Assembly (NCBI GenBank): GCA_951406725.2
Contig: OX597823.1
Span: forward strand, 56,048,001 to 56,112,000
Reading direction: 5' to 3'
Source: Octopus vulgaris
Taxonomy: Eukaryota
Length of the DNA stretch: 64,000 bases
Positions 1 through 11,211 of the stretch are shown in pieces. The translations under genes were made by a program, and so were the position numbers. Position 1 is the first letter of the stretch; the number at the start of each line of letters is the position of its first letter. Below the pieces are notes generated by a model that made no database searches, was not told the origin of the DNA, and saw only the letters and a program-made list of their open reading frames with translations.

Positions 1-1077
1 TGGAACTGTGTATAACGTCCATAAAGAGCGTTCAGGAAGACCACGATCATCAACCTGCCTCACAAAGAAAAAACAATTCTTGGAAACCCTCCGGCAATCC
101 CCACAGAAATCTATACGACAAATAGCTCGTGAGACGGCAATCCCAAAATCAAGCGCCCGTTGCATTTTAAAGCTAGTTGGTTGGAAATGTTACACTTCAA
201 CTTTAATCCACGCACTAAATGAAGACGATCCTGACCGGAGAGTTACATTTTGTAAATGGTACCTGGGAAAATGCGAGGAAGATACAGCATTTACAACCAA
301 AATTGTTTGGACTGATGAGGCCAGTTTTAAGTCAATGGCTCGATTAACCGACACAATTGCACCTACTGCGCTCCTGAAAAGCCGCATGTTACTATGGAAC
401 ACTATTTGAACTTACCAGGTGTTACAGTGCGGTGTGGAATATCAGCATTGAGTATCCTAGAGCCATTCTTTTTTCTCCGAACTGTCACTGGTGATACTTA
501 CCTAAACTTGCAACAAGAATCCGTCGTTCAAAGCGTCGAAGAGTTGCTTGGTGACGAAGAGATTTACTTTCAGTAAGATGGAGCATCTCTCCACTACTAT
601 CGTTATGTAAGGGCCTATCTCGATGCAAGTTTGCCGAACAGATGGAGTGGGCGAAGAGGTAGTCTTGTATGTCCTGCGCGTTCACCAGACCTCACTTCAA
701 TGGACTTCTTTTTATGGGGATTTCTCAAAGATAAGGTCTACCGCTCAAAACCAGCAACAGTCGATGGGCTGAGAGAGGAAATTGAAAGAATGTCTTGCAG
801 TTCCAAATAAAATGATTCGTACCGTTTTTGAGTCAATTGATCCATAGTATCAACTGTTTGGAGAGCGGTGGTCGTCAGTTTGAATATTTATAGAAATGCA
901 CTTATCCATTTTGCGTTTAACCATTGATCATTGTCAATAAACAATGTATATATTGTCATTTAAAGAGTGCATTTTTTGACAATGTATTTGCAAATTTGAA
1001 CCATTAATATTGTTTCTAAGTCAATAAACACTGAAATAATTATTTAAAGTGTGAGTACATTTTTGGGGAATGCCCTG
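1..1077 (+). mobile_element. Decayed Tc1/mariner element, DD41D (rosa/Visitor-type) transposase, 5' part outside window
   Basis: Frameshifted/stop-containing frames give WTDEASF, YFQ*DGA and SPDLTSMDFFLWG. I count 41 residues between the 2nd and 3rd catalytic D. Ends ...CCCTG followed by TA (1078-1079), typical of the TIR end and TA target. Confidence 0.85.
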
Positions 1078-1650
1078 TATATAAACTTATCGACTTTTCA
1101 TCTATCTGTCTATATTGCTATCGACCCATTTATCTGTCTGTCTAACCACCCACCCAGCTATCTACTTTTATACTTATTTCTATATCAATATACATTTTAT
1201 ACATTCAAAACTTGAAAAAAAATGTTTAACCATTGAAATTTTAAAATACTTATATTCACGAACATTTAACGGTTTATATCCATGATATATATTTAAAAAA
1301 TGCTTTGTATCAGTCGCTCTCAAAGCGATCGGTATTGCCCCCGTGGGGGCAGTGGAAAGGTCCAGGGACCATCCCATTATTTGGGATGAATGGATGTAAG
1401 ATAAAAAAAAATAATTATTTCTTTTATTCTTTTACTGTTTTCACTCATTTGACTGCGGCCATGCAGGAGCACCGCCTTTAGTCGAACAAATCGAGCCCAG
1501 GATTTATTCTTTGTAAGCCTAGTACTTATTATACCAGTCACTTTTGCTGAACCGCAAAGTTACGGGGACGTAACCACACCAACAACGGTTGTCAAGCGAT
1601 GGTAGGGGGACAAAGACATACAAATATATACATACATACATGAATGCATG

Positions 1651-1728
1651 CATACATACATACATACATACATACATACATACATACATACATACATACA
1701 TACATACATACATACATACATACATACA

Positions 1729-1798
<70 letters not shown>
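1651..1798. repeat. Compound microsatellite (CATA)n-(TA)n-(TG)n
   Basis: Directly visible; source of the YIHT/MYVC pseudo-ORFs. Confidence 0.95.
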
Positions 1799-1805
<7 letters not shown>

Positions 1806-2150
1806 AAATACAAAATAGGACAAGAACGCAAAACACCCGGACAACCAGGTGATGCAAAAATGGACAACAAAACATCCAGATAGACGATACAAAAAAAAGC
1901 ACGGACGGGTCATTCGAAGCCTTTTATCTTCAGTCAAGAACTGGATCATCTTCGGAATTTCGGCTGATTAATCTTGAGATTGCTCTAATCTGGCCAGCCC
2001 CAAGGAAAAACTAAGCATTAGATTCCTTGGAAAAAAACATCGAATGTATACGAAACAAGGACGGAAAAAAAGATGATGTTACACGAATATAAATACAAAA
2101 AGACAATAAAAAATACAATAAAAGACAATAATAATAATAATAACGACTGC
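1799..2150 (-). mobile_element. Non-coding repeat end, same family as the 2662-2892 fold-back and the 42321-42362 fragment
   Basis: Shares AAAATACAAAAT.GGACAAGAACGCAAAACA.CCGGACA with the other copies and always abuts (TG)n/(TA)n. Confidence 0.6.
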
Positions 2151-2561
2151 GGACGAATTGAATTCAGCTGGCGTGTGTGGAAATGAAGCCTTACGGCAGA
2201 GGGACGAATATCGATGTGGTAGTGACCGTGGTCAGACGCAAAAATGGCTAGCAGTCGGTCAACGGTCACGTGAGAAGGGAGAGAAAAAGAGGAACAAAGG
2301 AATTAAGGAGAGGAAGAAGAGAGAGCGAGAGAGAGAGAGTGAGAGCGAGAGAGAGCGTGTAGAAGTAGATAGACGGAAGAATCAAGGAGTGGTGAGAAAA
2401 AAAGAGAGAGACAGGGACATAGTGAGGTACAAAGTGAGTAAGAAAGGCAACGAAATGTGAGAGAGAGGGGGCAGAAAGAGTTCTAAAAGTCGTACAAAAT
2501 TTAGTGGAATGTGTACTTACATATAAGAGAACAAAGTGTATGTACGCTGCTATACATATAT

Positions 2562-2892
<331 letters not shown>

Positions 2893-2898
2893 ATATAT

Positions 2899-3386
2899 AT
2901 ATCATCATTCATCATTGTTCGACCGTGGTCGAGACAATGGAATTTACCATGCTACGCCAGACTTCACGGTCCATCATGGCATTACGGAAGTCCTGTTGCT
3001 AGATGCCTGTATCCCTGGAGATTACATCAGGGTAGGAAAGTGTGCGCCGCCTGGTACTGCGAGTAGATGGCTTCCAGAGGAGAAGAGTAGAAATTGCCTC
3101 GTTTTCAGCTCTACAACAATGTCCAGCAAACTGGACTTTCCTACCTTTCACAAGAGATGACACAGGTGGTGGTTTCCCATATATTTGCATTTTGGTTGGT
3201 TGACGCTTCCACGAGAGATTTTGAGCTCTCATAAGGAGGCGAGTGTAGGTTCCATCCAACCGCCTCTCAAGCTTCTTTGATAACGTCCAGGTTTCTGAGC
3301 CATATAGTAGAATTGGTTCGACTGTGGCTTTGAAAATTTCAAGTTTGAAGTCTCTACTTAGATTTGATGACCAGATCTTATGCATG

Positions 3387-3388
<2 letters not shown>
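2899..3388 (-). mobile_element. 3' fragment of RTE-clade LINE
   Basis: Translates KIWSSNLSRDFKLEIFKATVEPILLYGSETWTL...RLLMRAQNLSWK; LLYGSETW is the RTE post-RT motif. Ends in a (TGA)n-like tail. Confidence 0.8.
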
Positions 3389-3434
<46 letters not shown>

Positions 3435-3623
3435 CGGCGTACGTACACTTTGTTCTCTTATATATATATATCCTATATTCTACCAATGCCTTCGATTGCA
3501 CCTCTCCTTCACGGATCAAAGTGACTTTGTTATTGATGCGAAATCCTTAAAATATACCACGACGTCTATACATTTCTAACATTTTTTCTCTCCTTGTTTC
3601 TCTCCTTGTTTCTTTTCTGTGTA

Positions 3624-3661
3624 TCTTTCTGTCGAAGAGCGTAGGCTCGAAACGTAAAAGA
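3624..3661 (+). ncRNA. Minimal hammerhead-like motif (core variant CUGUCGA-A) in a repeat 3' end (~3475-3750)
   Basis: TCTTT-CTGTCGA-A-GAGC(GTAG)GCTC-GAAA-CG-TA-AAAGA. Stems I and II pair, but A6 is U. Confidence 0.55.
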
Positions 3662-3769
3662 CTTGTTTTATTTCTATTCCTGAGCGCCATACTAATACAT
3701 TATTTGTTTGTACTCCACCTGCCTTCGTCTTTTGTTTATTTTCGTAAACCTTATATATTTTCGTAAACG

Positions 3770-3799
<30 letters not shown>

Positions 3800-3802
<3 letters not shown>

Positions 3803-4173
3803 TAAGTAGGTGAATGAATTATCCTAGTATGGATAATTCGGTTAACCGATACCCGGGTAGCAAATTTACGTCAGAAAGCACGGTTGAAGCTACATGCCAA
3901 GGGCAGAAATCACGTGCTTTCGTGTGGAAATTTGTGTGTTTTTTTTACTATAGATAAATGAAAGAATGGAGTCGAACGACTCCGTGTGGGCAGTCATCTA
4001 AAAGTTTTTGTTCGTCATGATGCTGGCATAAGTTCCTTGTCTTTCCTGATGAGAAGACGGCATAATGCACCCTTTATTCCTTCCGAATTAAGAATATGCA
4101 GTCTTCGAAACATATGTCGAGAATAAAGGAATTTTGTTAAATCGTCGTTCGACTCCATTCTTTCATTTATCTA
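3800..4173. mobile_element. Penelope-like/retrozyme-like element: ~150 bp tail plus 30 bp inverted arms (3951-3980 / 4144-4173)
   Basis: Flanked by (TA)n on both sides; homologous to 56904-58146 and 58197-58841. Confidence 0.7.
4042..4122 (+). ncRNA. Type I hammerhead ribozyme motif
   Basis: TTTC-CTGATGA(4046-4052)-GAAGACgGCATA...TATGCaGTCTTC-GAAA(4107-4110)-CATATG-TC-GAGA. Intact core and GUC site; predicted cut after 4118. Confidence 0.8.
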
Positions 4174-4319
4174 TCTATCTATATATATATATACAATAAA
4201 AATGGTAAATAATTTTTCAGTGGTTTTTCATACAACCAACAATTATTTACCGGTAAATTTCGGTATGTAAATATGACACTTTCAGCGTCAGGAACTTCTG
4301 TAAAGTTCAGTATATAGTA

Positions 4320-4428
4320 AAAATAATTAAAAGGGCGGGCAACAGGCTGCTTCGCCGCATACCGAAGGAATTAGAAATGGCTTCGGTATGTGGCGAAGCA
4401 GCCTGTTGCCCGCCATTTTAATTATTTT
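4320..4428. repeat. Hairpin, ~48 bp arms with 13 bp spacer, plus one-sided tail (4195-4319)
   Basis: AAAATAATTAAAAGGGCGGGCAACAGGCTGCTTCGCCGCATACCGAAG and its reverse complement. CCACATACCGAAG..TTAGAAAT also occurs at ~14281. Confidence 0.85.
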
Positions 4429-4429
4429 A

Positions 4430-4499
<70 letters not shown>

Positions 4500-4536
4500 G
4501 GTCCCGGGTTGAGTCGGGGTTAACTTCTATTAAATA

Positions 4537-4592
<56 letters not shown>

Positions 4593-4888
4593 GACGTCTT
4601 CTTTTAGTTTCCGTCTACCAAATCCACTCACGAGGCTTTGGTCGGCTTGAGGCTATAGTAGGTTCAATTCCACACTCGGAACCACGCATTCATTTCTGCG
4701 CCTATAGGTTAAGTTTTATTTGAGGAGTGTTAAACACTTTCGGTATGCAAATTAGGGACTCCTTCATAGAGTAACTGCTGCTTTTGTTGAGTATATAAAC
4801 AGTTTGGCTACTTGTTTCTCTGGAGATTGTCAGAATGATGTAGACGTCTCTGATGGGAACCTATTAAAGGTTGAAAATCGACTCTCTC

Positions 4889-5308
4889 TCTTTTACTCTT
4901 TTACTTATTTCAGTCATTTGACTGTGGCCATGCTGGAGCACCACCTTTTAGTCGAGCAAATCGACCCCAGGACTCATTCTTTGCAAGCCGAGTACTTATT
5001 CTATCAGTCTCTTTTGCCGAACCGCTAGGTTACGGGGGACGTAAACACACCAGCATCGGTTGTCAAGCGATGTTGGGAGGACAAATACAGACACACAAAC
5101 ATACACACATACACAAACATATATACATATATATATATATATACGACGGGCTTCTTTCAGTTTCCGTCTACCAAATCCACTCACAAGGCTTTGGTCGGCC
5201 CGAGGCTATAGTAGAAGACACTTGCCCAAGATGCCACGCAGTGAGACTGAACCCGGAACCATGTGGTTCGTAAGGAAACTACTTACCACACAGCCACTCC
5301 TACGCCTA
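4889..5308 (-). mobile_element. tRNA-derived SINE family A (CORE-like centre, internal TA/TG tract), full-length copy
   Basis: Minus-strand head GGCG(T/C)AGGAGTGGCTGTGTGGTAAG...GGTTCAGTC, central TTGGGCAAGTG. Other copies or fragments near 1426-1625, 4591-4705, 9106-9272, 10724-10888, 13625-13800, 21328-21810, 34307-34430, 36955-37150, 37375-37610, 43235-43443. Confidence 0.85.
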
Positions 5309-5404
5309 AGGTTGTTCATCATATTCTTTTTCAGTCTGCAGAGAAATAGCTAAAGTTTGTCCTGTTTATAATTGTATGTTACAATTATAATTATATGTTA
5401 CACA

Positions 5405-5444
<40 letters not shown>

Positions 5445-5482
5445 AAAAAGGAGATGTGGAACACGAGTTGTGATATATAAAA

Positions 5483-5750
5483 AAAGGAAATGAAGAAAAT
5501 GCTGACAAAATAATTTAAGTAAGGAGAGTGTATTTAATTAGGTGAAAGCTCTTTTTACCGGTTGCGCATTTGTTATGCTTATCAAAAGATATTTTTTAAG
5601 AGAGATAGAGTTATCAGAAAGGAACTCTATCTCTCTTAAAAAAATATCTTTTGATAAGCATAACAAATGCGCAACCGGTAAAAAGAACTTTCACCTAATT
5701 AAATACACTCTCCCATACTTAAATTATTTTGTCACCATTTTCTTCATTTC

Positions 5751-5754
<4 letters not shown>
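5483..5754. repeat. Fold-back element, ~130 bp arms, 10 bp loop, short one-sided tail (5442-5482), between (TA)n tracts
   Basis: 5483-5612 is the reverse complement of 5623-5754 with few mismatches. Confidence 0.9.
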
Positions 5755-5809
<55 letters not shown>

Positions 5810-5816
<7 letters not shown>

Positions 5817-6344
5817 TTATATATGAGGATAAAATCGATATTTAAGTATCCATATTATCAAGTGGCCAGCATGGGAAAAATACCGTACAAAGGTAATAAT
5901 TTTTAACAATTAAAAATGAGGGTGTCTAAGAGACACCAACATGCCGAAATAGCAGTCGAAACTCTGACTATAAAAACCACGTTAAGTGTTCGTATCGCAC
6001 CATGAGATAAGACAGAGGGACAAAATATACAAGCAAAAATTATTGAATAATTCAAGATCCAGGATCTCTGGGTTTTTTTAAATAAGCTTTACCGTCATCG
6101 GTTGAATATATCAAGAGTACATAAATACAGATATATATATATGCAGAACAAACGATATACTTACATATACGAACGTCCATACATAAATACATATGCACGT
6201 ATGCACGCGGCCAGTTAAATTACCCGCCGAGTCATCCCATAAGTACGATACGGTTAAAATAAACACCGCAGTGAATATAATAACGAATTATATAAATTTA
6301 TATATGAGGATAAAATCGATATTTAAGTATCCATATTATCAAGT
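5810..6344 (-). repeat. 481 bp unit with ~54 bp terminal direct repeat, between (TA)n tracts
   Basis: TATAAATTTATATATGAGGATAAAATCGATATTTAAGTATCCATATTATCAAGT at ~5810 and ~6291. Confidence 0.8.
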
Positions 6345-6346
6345 AT

Positions 6347-6383
<37 letters not shown>

Positions 6384-6386
<3 letters not shown>

Positions 6387-7656
6387 GGGTTGGACAAAAT
6401 AATGGAAACATCTTAGAATTTCAAACAAATTAATTTTAATATGGGGTAAGACCGCCTTCGGCAGTAATTACAGCTTCAATTTTACGAGGTATAGAATCGT
6501 ACAAAGTTTGAATTGTTTCCAAAGGAATTTTTGTCCATTTTCAGCTAAAACAGTTTCCAGTTCCTGTAGTGATAATGGTGGAAGGTATCGACTCCTTACT
6601 TGTTTTTCTAAAATGCACCATAAATGTTCAATAATATTGAGATCTGAGGACTGTGGTGGCTGCATAAGATGTTCAACTTCACTAGAATTTTCCTCCGGCC
6701 ATTCAGTAACAACTTTAGCTGTGTGAATTAGTGCATTATCATCCTGAAAGACTACGTTTCCCTCCGCAAACAGTTCTGCAACCATAGGATGAATTTGATC
6801 GGAAAAAATGCTTAAATGGTCTTGACTATCAATTCTTCCATGAAGGGAAACAATTGGACCGGCAGATTTCTAAGATATAACCCCCCCACCTAGATCATTA
6901 CAGATCCTCTTCCATGTTTAACAGTTGGAAGAAGGCAGTCTGGGTCAAATGGTTCTTTTGACTGTCTCCACACGTATACTCGGCCGGTGATTGGAAATAA
7001 GGTAAAGGATGACTCGTCCGGGAAAATAATTCTTTCACTTCTCTAGGGACCAATTCTGTAAGTTTTTACTCCACTCTAAACGCTTTGCCACGTTTGTTTT
7101 TGAAAGTTGTAGTTTTCTGATTGCAGCGCTGCCGTGAAATCCGGCTTTGTGCATCTCTCGACGAACGGTTTTTGTGGAAACTGGGTTCTCGAGGTGGTCA
7201 TTAAGCTCTGCAGTAATTTTGTGAGCTGTACTTTTGTGATCCTTTCTAACAATTTGCATAAGAATCCGACTGTCCCTGTCTGAAAATGTTGGTTTTCTCC
7301 CGGAGTTTTGTTTCGATGAGGAGGTTTTCCCTCTTTCTCAAAGGGTACCGTTACTTTCGAGAAAGTACTTCTTGATACACTAAATATTCCGGCTGTTTTC
7401 GTTGCGCTAGCGCCTGCCATACAAGCACCAGCAATTTGACCTCTTTGAAAGTCCGATAGATTTGTTATTTCAATAAATTTTAATCACCTTTTCTGATGAT
7501 ATCTGAAAAGAAACAGCAATTTTAGCAAAATATATTAAGCAACACTAATAACAAATAAAAAAACGTAAAACTAAAGAAGCTTTTGACGGTTTTCTAGATA
7601 TTTCAAAATTATAATGTTATGATGCTAGGTGTTTCCATTATTTTGTCCGACCCCTG
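6384..7656 (-). mobile_element. Full-length but decayed Tc1-family transposon, DD36E (Incomer-type)
   Basis: TIRs CAGGGGT(T/C)GGACAAAATAATGGAAACA at both ends, TA on both sides, 1273 bp. Fragments LSDFQRGQIAGACMAGASATKTA, VSTKTVRREMHK, FQDDNA...DLNIIE with 36 residues between D and E. Frameshifts and stops present. Confidence 0.9.
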
Positions 7657-8592
7657 TATATATACATATAGATGAGTGTGTGTCTGTGTACATGTGTGTA
7701 TATGTGCGTGTGTGCATAAATGTATATTTAATCAGTATATTTTCTATATGTTTATTAATCCCTATATTCTCCTACACACAAAACTACCTTTAGATCTTCA
7801 TATCAATCTCCCTATAATCTAGCTATCAATCAGTCTATCTATCTATCTGTCTATCTATCTATCGACCAATCTGTTATCCCTTTTTTTTATTGGCGTTCTT
7901 CTCCACCCCTTCTCTCTCTTAGAAGAAGAAGAAGAAGAAGAAGAAGAAGAAGAAGAAGAAGAAGAAGAAGGAGGAGGAGGAGGAGGAGGAGGAGAATGAT
8001 ATTTAAGAATGAAAATTTAGGGACAATTTATGTAATAAAATAAAAGTTGTTTTCTTCTTTAGTAAAAACATAATTTGAAATATCGATTTTAGTAATCGAA
8101 GTAAAAATAAGAAAACGTCATCTTCTTAGTAAAAACTTGCACACCCAAATATCGATTATGTCAAAATTACGAAATTCCAGAGGTAATCGTTTATGTGTGT
8201 GACACCTGTTGAGTTTGTTGTGTAGATGCATATAGGTCTTCGAATTTCTAATGATTTTCTTTTTCTGTATGTTTTCTGTTTTTAGTTTCTTTAATTGGTT
8301 GTTGATTTTCGCTTAATGTCTGGGAACCGTTGAAATATTTTTGCTACCATGAAATGTCATCAATGACTTTGTTGACAGATGTAAGCCAATGATAATTGTA
8401 TTTTCTTTTAGACTTCCGTTTTTATTGTTTTTTTGGTAATGTTGATGGTAATGATGATGATCATGGCAGCCATGATAATATAGTTAGTGTCCATATATGG
8501 TTATTCAAACTATCCCCATCACCACCACCACCACCATTACTACTACCACCAACACTTCCACCACCGCACACAGACTTCTTCGAAAAAGGAAG

Positions 8593-8600
8593 TATAAAAA
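8593..8600 (+). promoter_or_regulatory. Candidate TATA box of the VWD-domain gene
   Basis: TATAAAAA ~190 bp upstream of the proposed ATG (8785). Positional inference only. Confidence 0.4.
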
Positions 8601-8784
8601 GAATTTTCGCCAGATACCTGGCGACAAACTTTGTCCTCTCACCTTGTTGGCTCTTCATATTCTTTGCTTTCGTTTTTGCTATTAATTCAAGAAGGAAATA
8701 AGGAAAAAAAAAACAGAGAAATAATACCAGCGGCAAAAGATTTGCCATAGCGACCCGGGAAGTGAGAAGTTGGACAGATAAAGT

Positions 8785-8870
8785 ATGGTTACAAAAACCT
8801 ATTTGGGGCTCCTAGCATGGATATGTTGCGGATATATCGCTTTCGTGGCTACATCAGATGGAGATCTCAG
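8785..8870 (+). CDS. Exon 1 (signal peptide) of secreted VWD-C8-TIL protein
   Basis: MVTKTYLGLLAWICCGYIAFVATSDGDL plus AG|GTAAGT perfect donor. Phase 2 matches the acceptor at 20875. Not in the ORF track. Confidence 0.7.
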
Positions 8871-9002
8871 GTAAGTAAATACGATCATCTTAAAGAATAT
8901 ATTCCAATACGCCTTTACGCACATAGATATAATAGGGCACAGAGTTACAAGCTTATAGGTTGAGTTTTGTCAATCAATGTATAAAACAGTATGTCTGTGC
9001 AT

Positions 9003-9092
<90 letters not shown>

Positions 9093-9267
9093 AGATATAG
9101 ATATATAGGCACAGGAATAGCTGTGTGGTAAGTAGCTTGCTTACCAACTACATGGTTCCGGGTTCAGTCCCAATGCGTGACACCTTGGGAAAGTGTCTTC
9201 TGCTGTAGCCTCGAGCCGACCAAAGCCTTGTGAGTGATTTGGTAGACGCAAACTGAAAGAAGCCCGT

Positions 9268-9316
<49 letters not shown>

Positions 9317-9317
9317 G

Positions 9318-9585
9318 CACAGGGTTGGACAAAATAATGGAAACCCCTTAGAATTTCAAAAAATCTTTTTTAATATGTGGTATGACCGCCTTTGGCAGTA
9401 ATTACACCTTCAATTCTACGAGGTATAGACTCGTACAAAGTTTGAATTATTTCCAAAGGAATCTTTGTCCATTCTTCAACTAAAACACTCTCCAGTTCCT
9501 GTAGTTATGACGGTAGAGAATATCGACTCCTTACTTGTTTTTCTAAAATGCACCATAAATGTTCTATAATATTGAGATCTAAACT
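9318..9585 (-). mobile_element. Truncated second copy of the DD36E Tc1 end (mirror copy ~10413-10672)
   Basis: TIR CAGGGTTGGACAAAATAATGGAAAC plus C-terminal transposase sequence. Confidence 0.8.
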
Positions 9586-9775
9586 GTTAATATATGAATA
9601 CGAAAGAGATAGTTGAATAACTGTAAACCTACTTTTGGGTTACACCTATTTGTCTTCAGTAAGAAATTTTTCTCCATGACAAAATATAGTATATGGCTTT
9701 CTTCCAGGTTTGAATATGCCAGAAGTATATTTGAACTGGTAGCAAGTTTGTATTTATCACATCACTGCGTATATA

Positions 9776-10060
9776 TATTAATAGTTATCGCCAAGCTAAT
9801 ATGGCAGTTCAGAAACATAGGACGAACGCTGCTGTTGATCAGCTCCAAGTGGCCATCGCCTCTAGCTAGCTATGTGACACACGAAACTGTGTCGTATAGC
9901 TAGCTAGAGGCGATGGCCTCTTGGAGCTAATCAACGGCAGCATTCGTCCTATATTTCTGGACTGGCATATTAGCTTGGCGATAACTATTAATATCCAGTA
10001 CCGCTGCCGTAGTCTCCTTTAGAGAGACTTAGAAATATTAATATTTCTACTGCTTATATA
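9776..10060. repeat. Fold-back element (~105 bp arms) with one-sided extension; extra partial copy 10131-10252
   Basis: ATTAATAGTTATCGCCAAGCTAATATG...CTAGCTAGCTA and its reverse complement; same superfamily as 47789-48477. Confidence 0.85.
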
Positions 10061-10091
10061 TATATTATAAAACATAATGCATACATGTGAC

Positions 10092-10133
<42 letters not shown>

Positions 10134-10675
10134 ACAGTGGTTCGAAACTGTGTCGTATAGCTAGCTAGAGGCGATGGTACTCTTGGAGCTAATCAACGGC
10201 AGCATTCGTCTATATTTCTGGACTGGCATATTAGCTTGGCGATAATATTAATCTCTCTAATATATACTTCTGGCATATTCAAACCTGGAAGAAAGCCATA
10301 TACTATATTTTGTCATGGAGAAAAATTTCTTACTGAAGACAAATAGGTGTAACCCAAAAAGTAGGTTTACAGTTATTCAACTATCTCTTTCGTATTCATA
10401 TATTAACAGTTTAGATCTCAATATTATAGAACATTTATGGTGCATTTTAGAAAAACAAGTAAGGAGTCGATATTCTCTACCGTCATAACTACAGGAACTG
10501 GAGAGTGTTTTAGTTGAAGAATGGACAAAGATTCCTTTGGAAATAATTCAAACTTTGTACGAGTCTATACCTCGTAGAATTGAAGGTGTAATTACTGCCG
10601 AGCGGTCATACCACATATTAAAAAAGATTTTTTTGAAATTCTAAGGGGTTTCCATTATTTTGTCCAACCCTGTGC

Positions 10676-10726
<51 letters not shown>

Positions 10727-10901
10727 ACGGGCTTCTTTCAGTTTGCGTCTACCAAATCACTCACAAGGCTTTGGTCGGCTCGAGGCTACAGCAGAAGACA
10801 CTTTCCCAAGGTGTCACGCATTGGGACTGAACCCGGAACCATGTAGTTGGTAAGCAAGCTACTTACCACACAGCTATTCCTGTGCCTATATATCTATATC
10901 T

Positions 10902-10988
<87 letters not shown>

Positions 10989-11124
10989 AACAATGCACAG
11001 ACATACTGTTTTATACATTGATTGACAAAACTCAACCTATAAGCTTGTAACTCTGTGCCCTATTATATCTATGTGCGTAAAGGCGTATTGGAATATATTC
11101 TTTAAGATGATCGTATTTACTTAC

Positions 11125-11211
11125 CTGAGATCTCCATCTGATGTAGCCACGAAAGCGATATATCCTGCAACATATCCATGCTAGGAGCCCCAAATAGGTT
11201 TTTGTAACCAT
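11125..11211 (-). pseudogene. Inverted, frameshifted copy of exon 1
   Basis: Reverse complement of 8785-8870 with a 1 bp insertion (TGCAGGA vs TGCGGA). Confidence 0.7.

Noticed and set aside
8461-8748. Minus-strand ORF MANLLPLVLF... as an independent secreted-protein gene
   Set aside because: Antisense to the proposed 5' UTR/promoter; runs into a (GGT)n tract; no downstream exons found on that strand.
11138-11160. CTGATGT-AGCCAC-GAAA hammerhead look-alike
   Set aside because: No stem II or stem I pairing; it is the reverse complement of exon 1 coding sequence.
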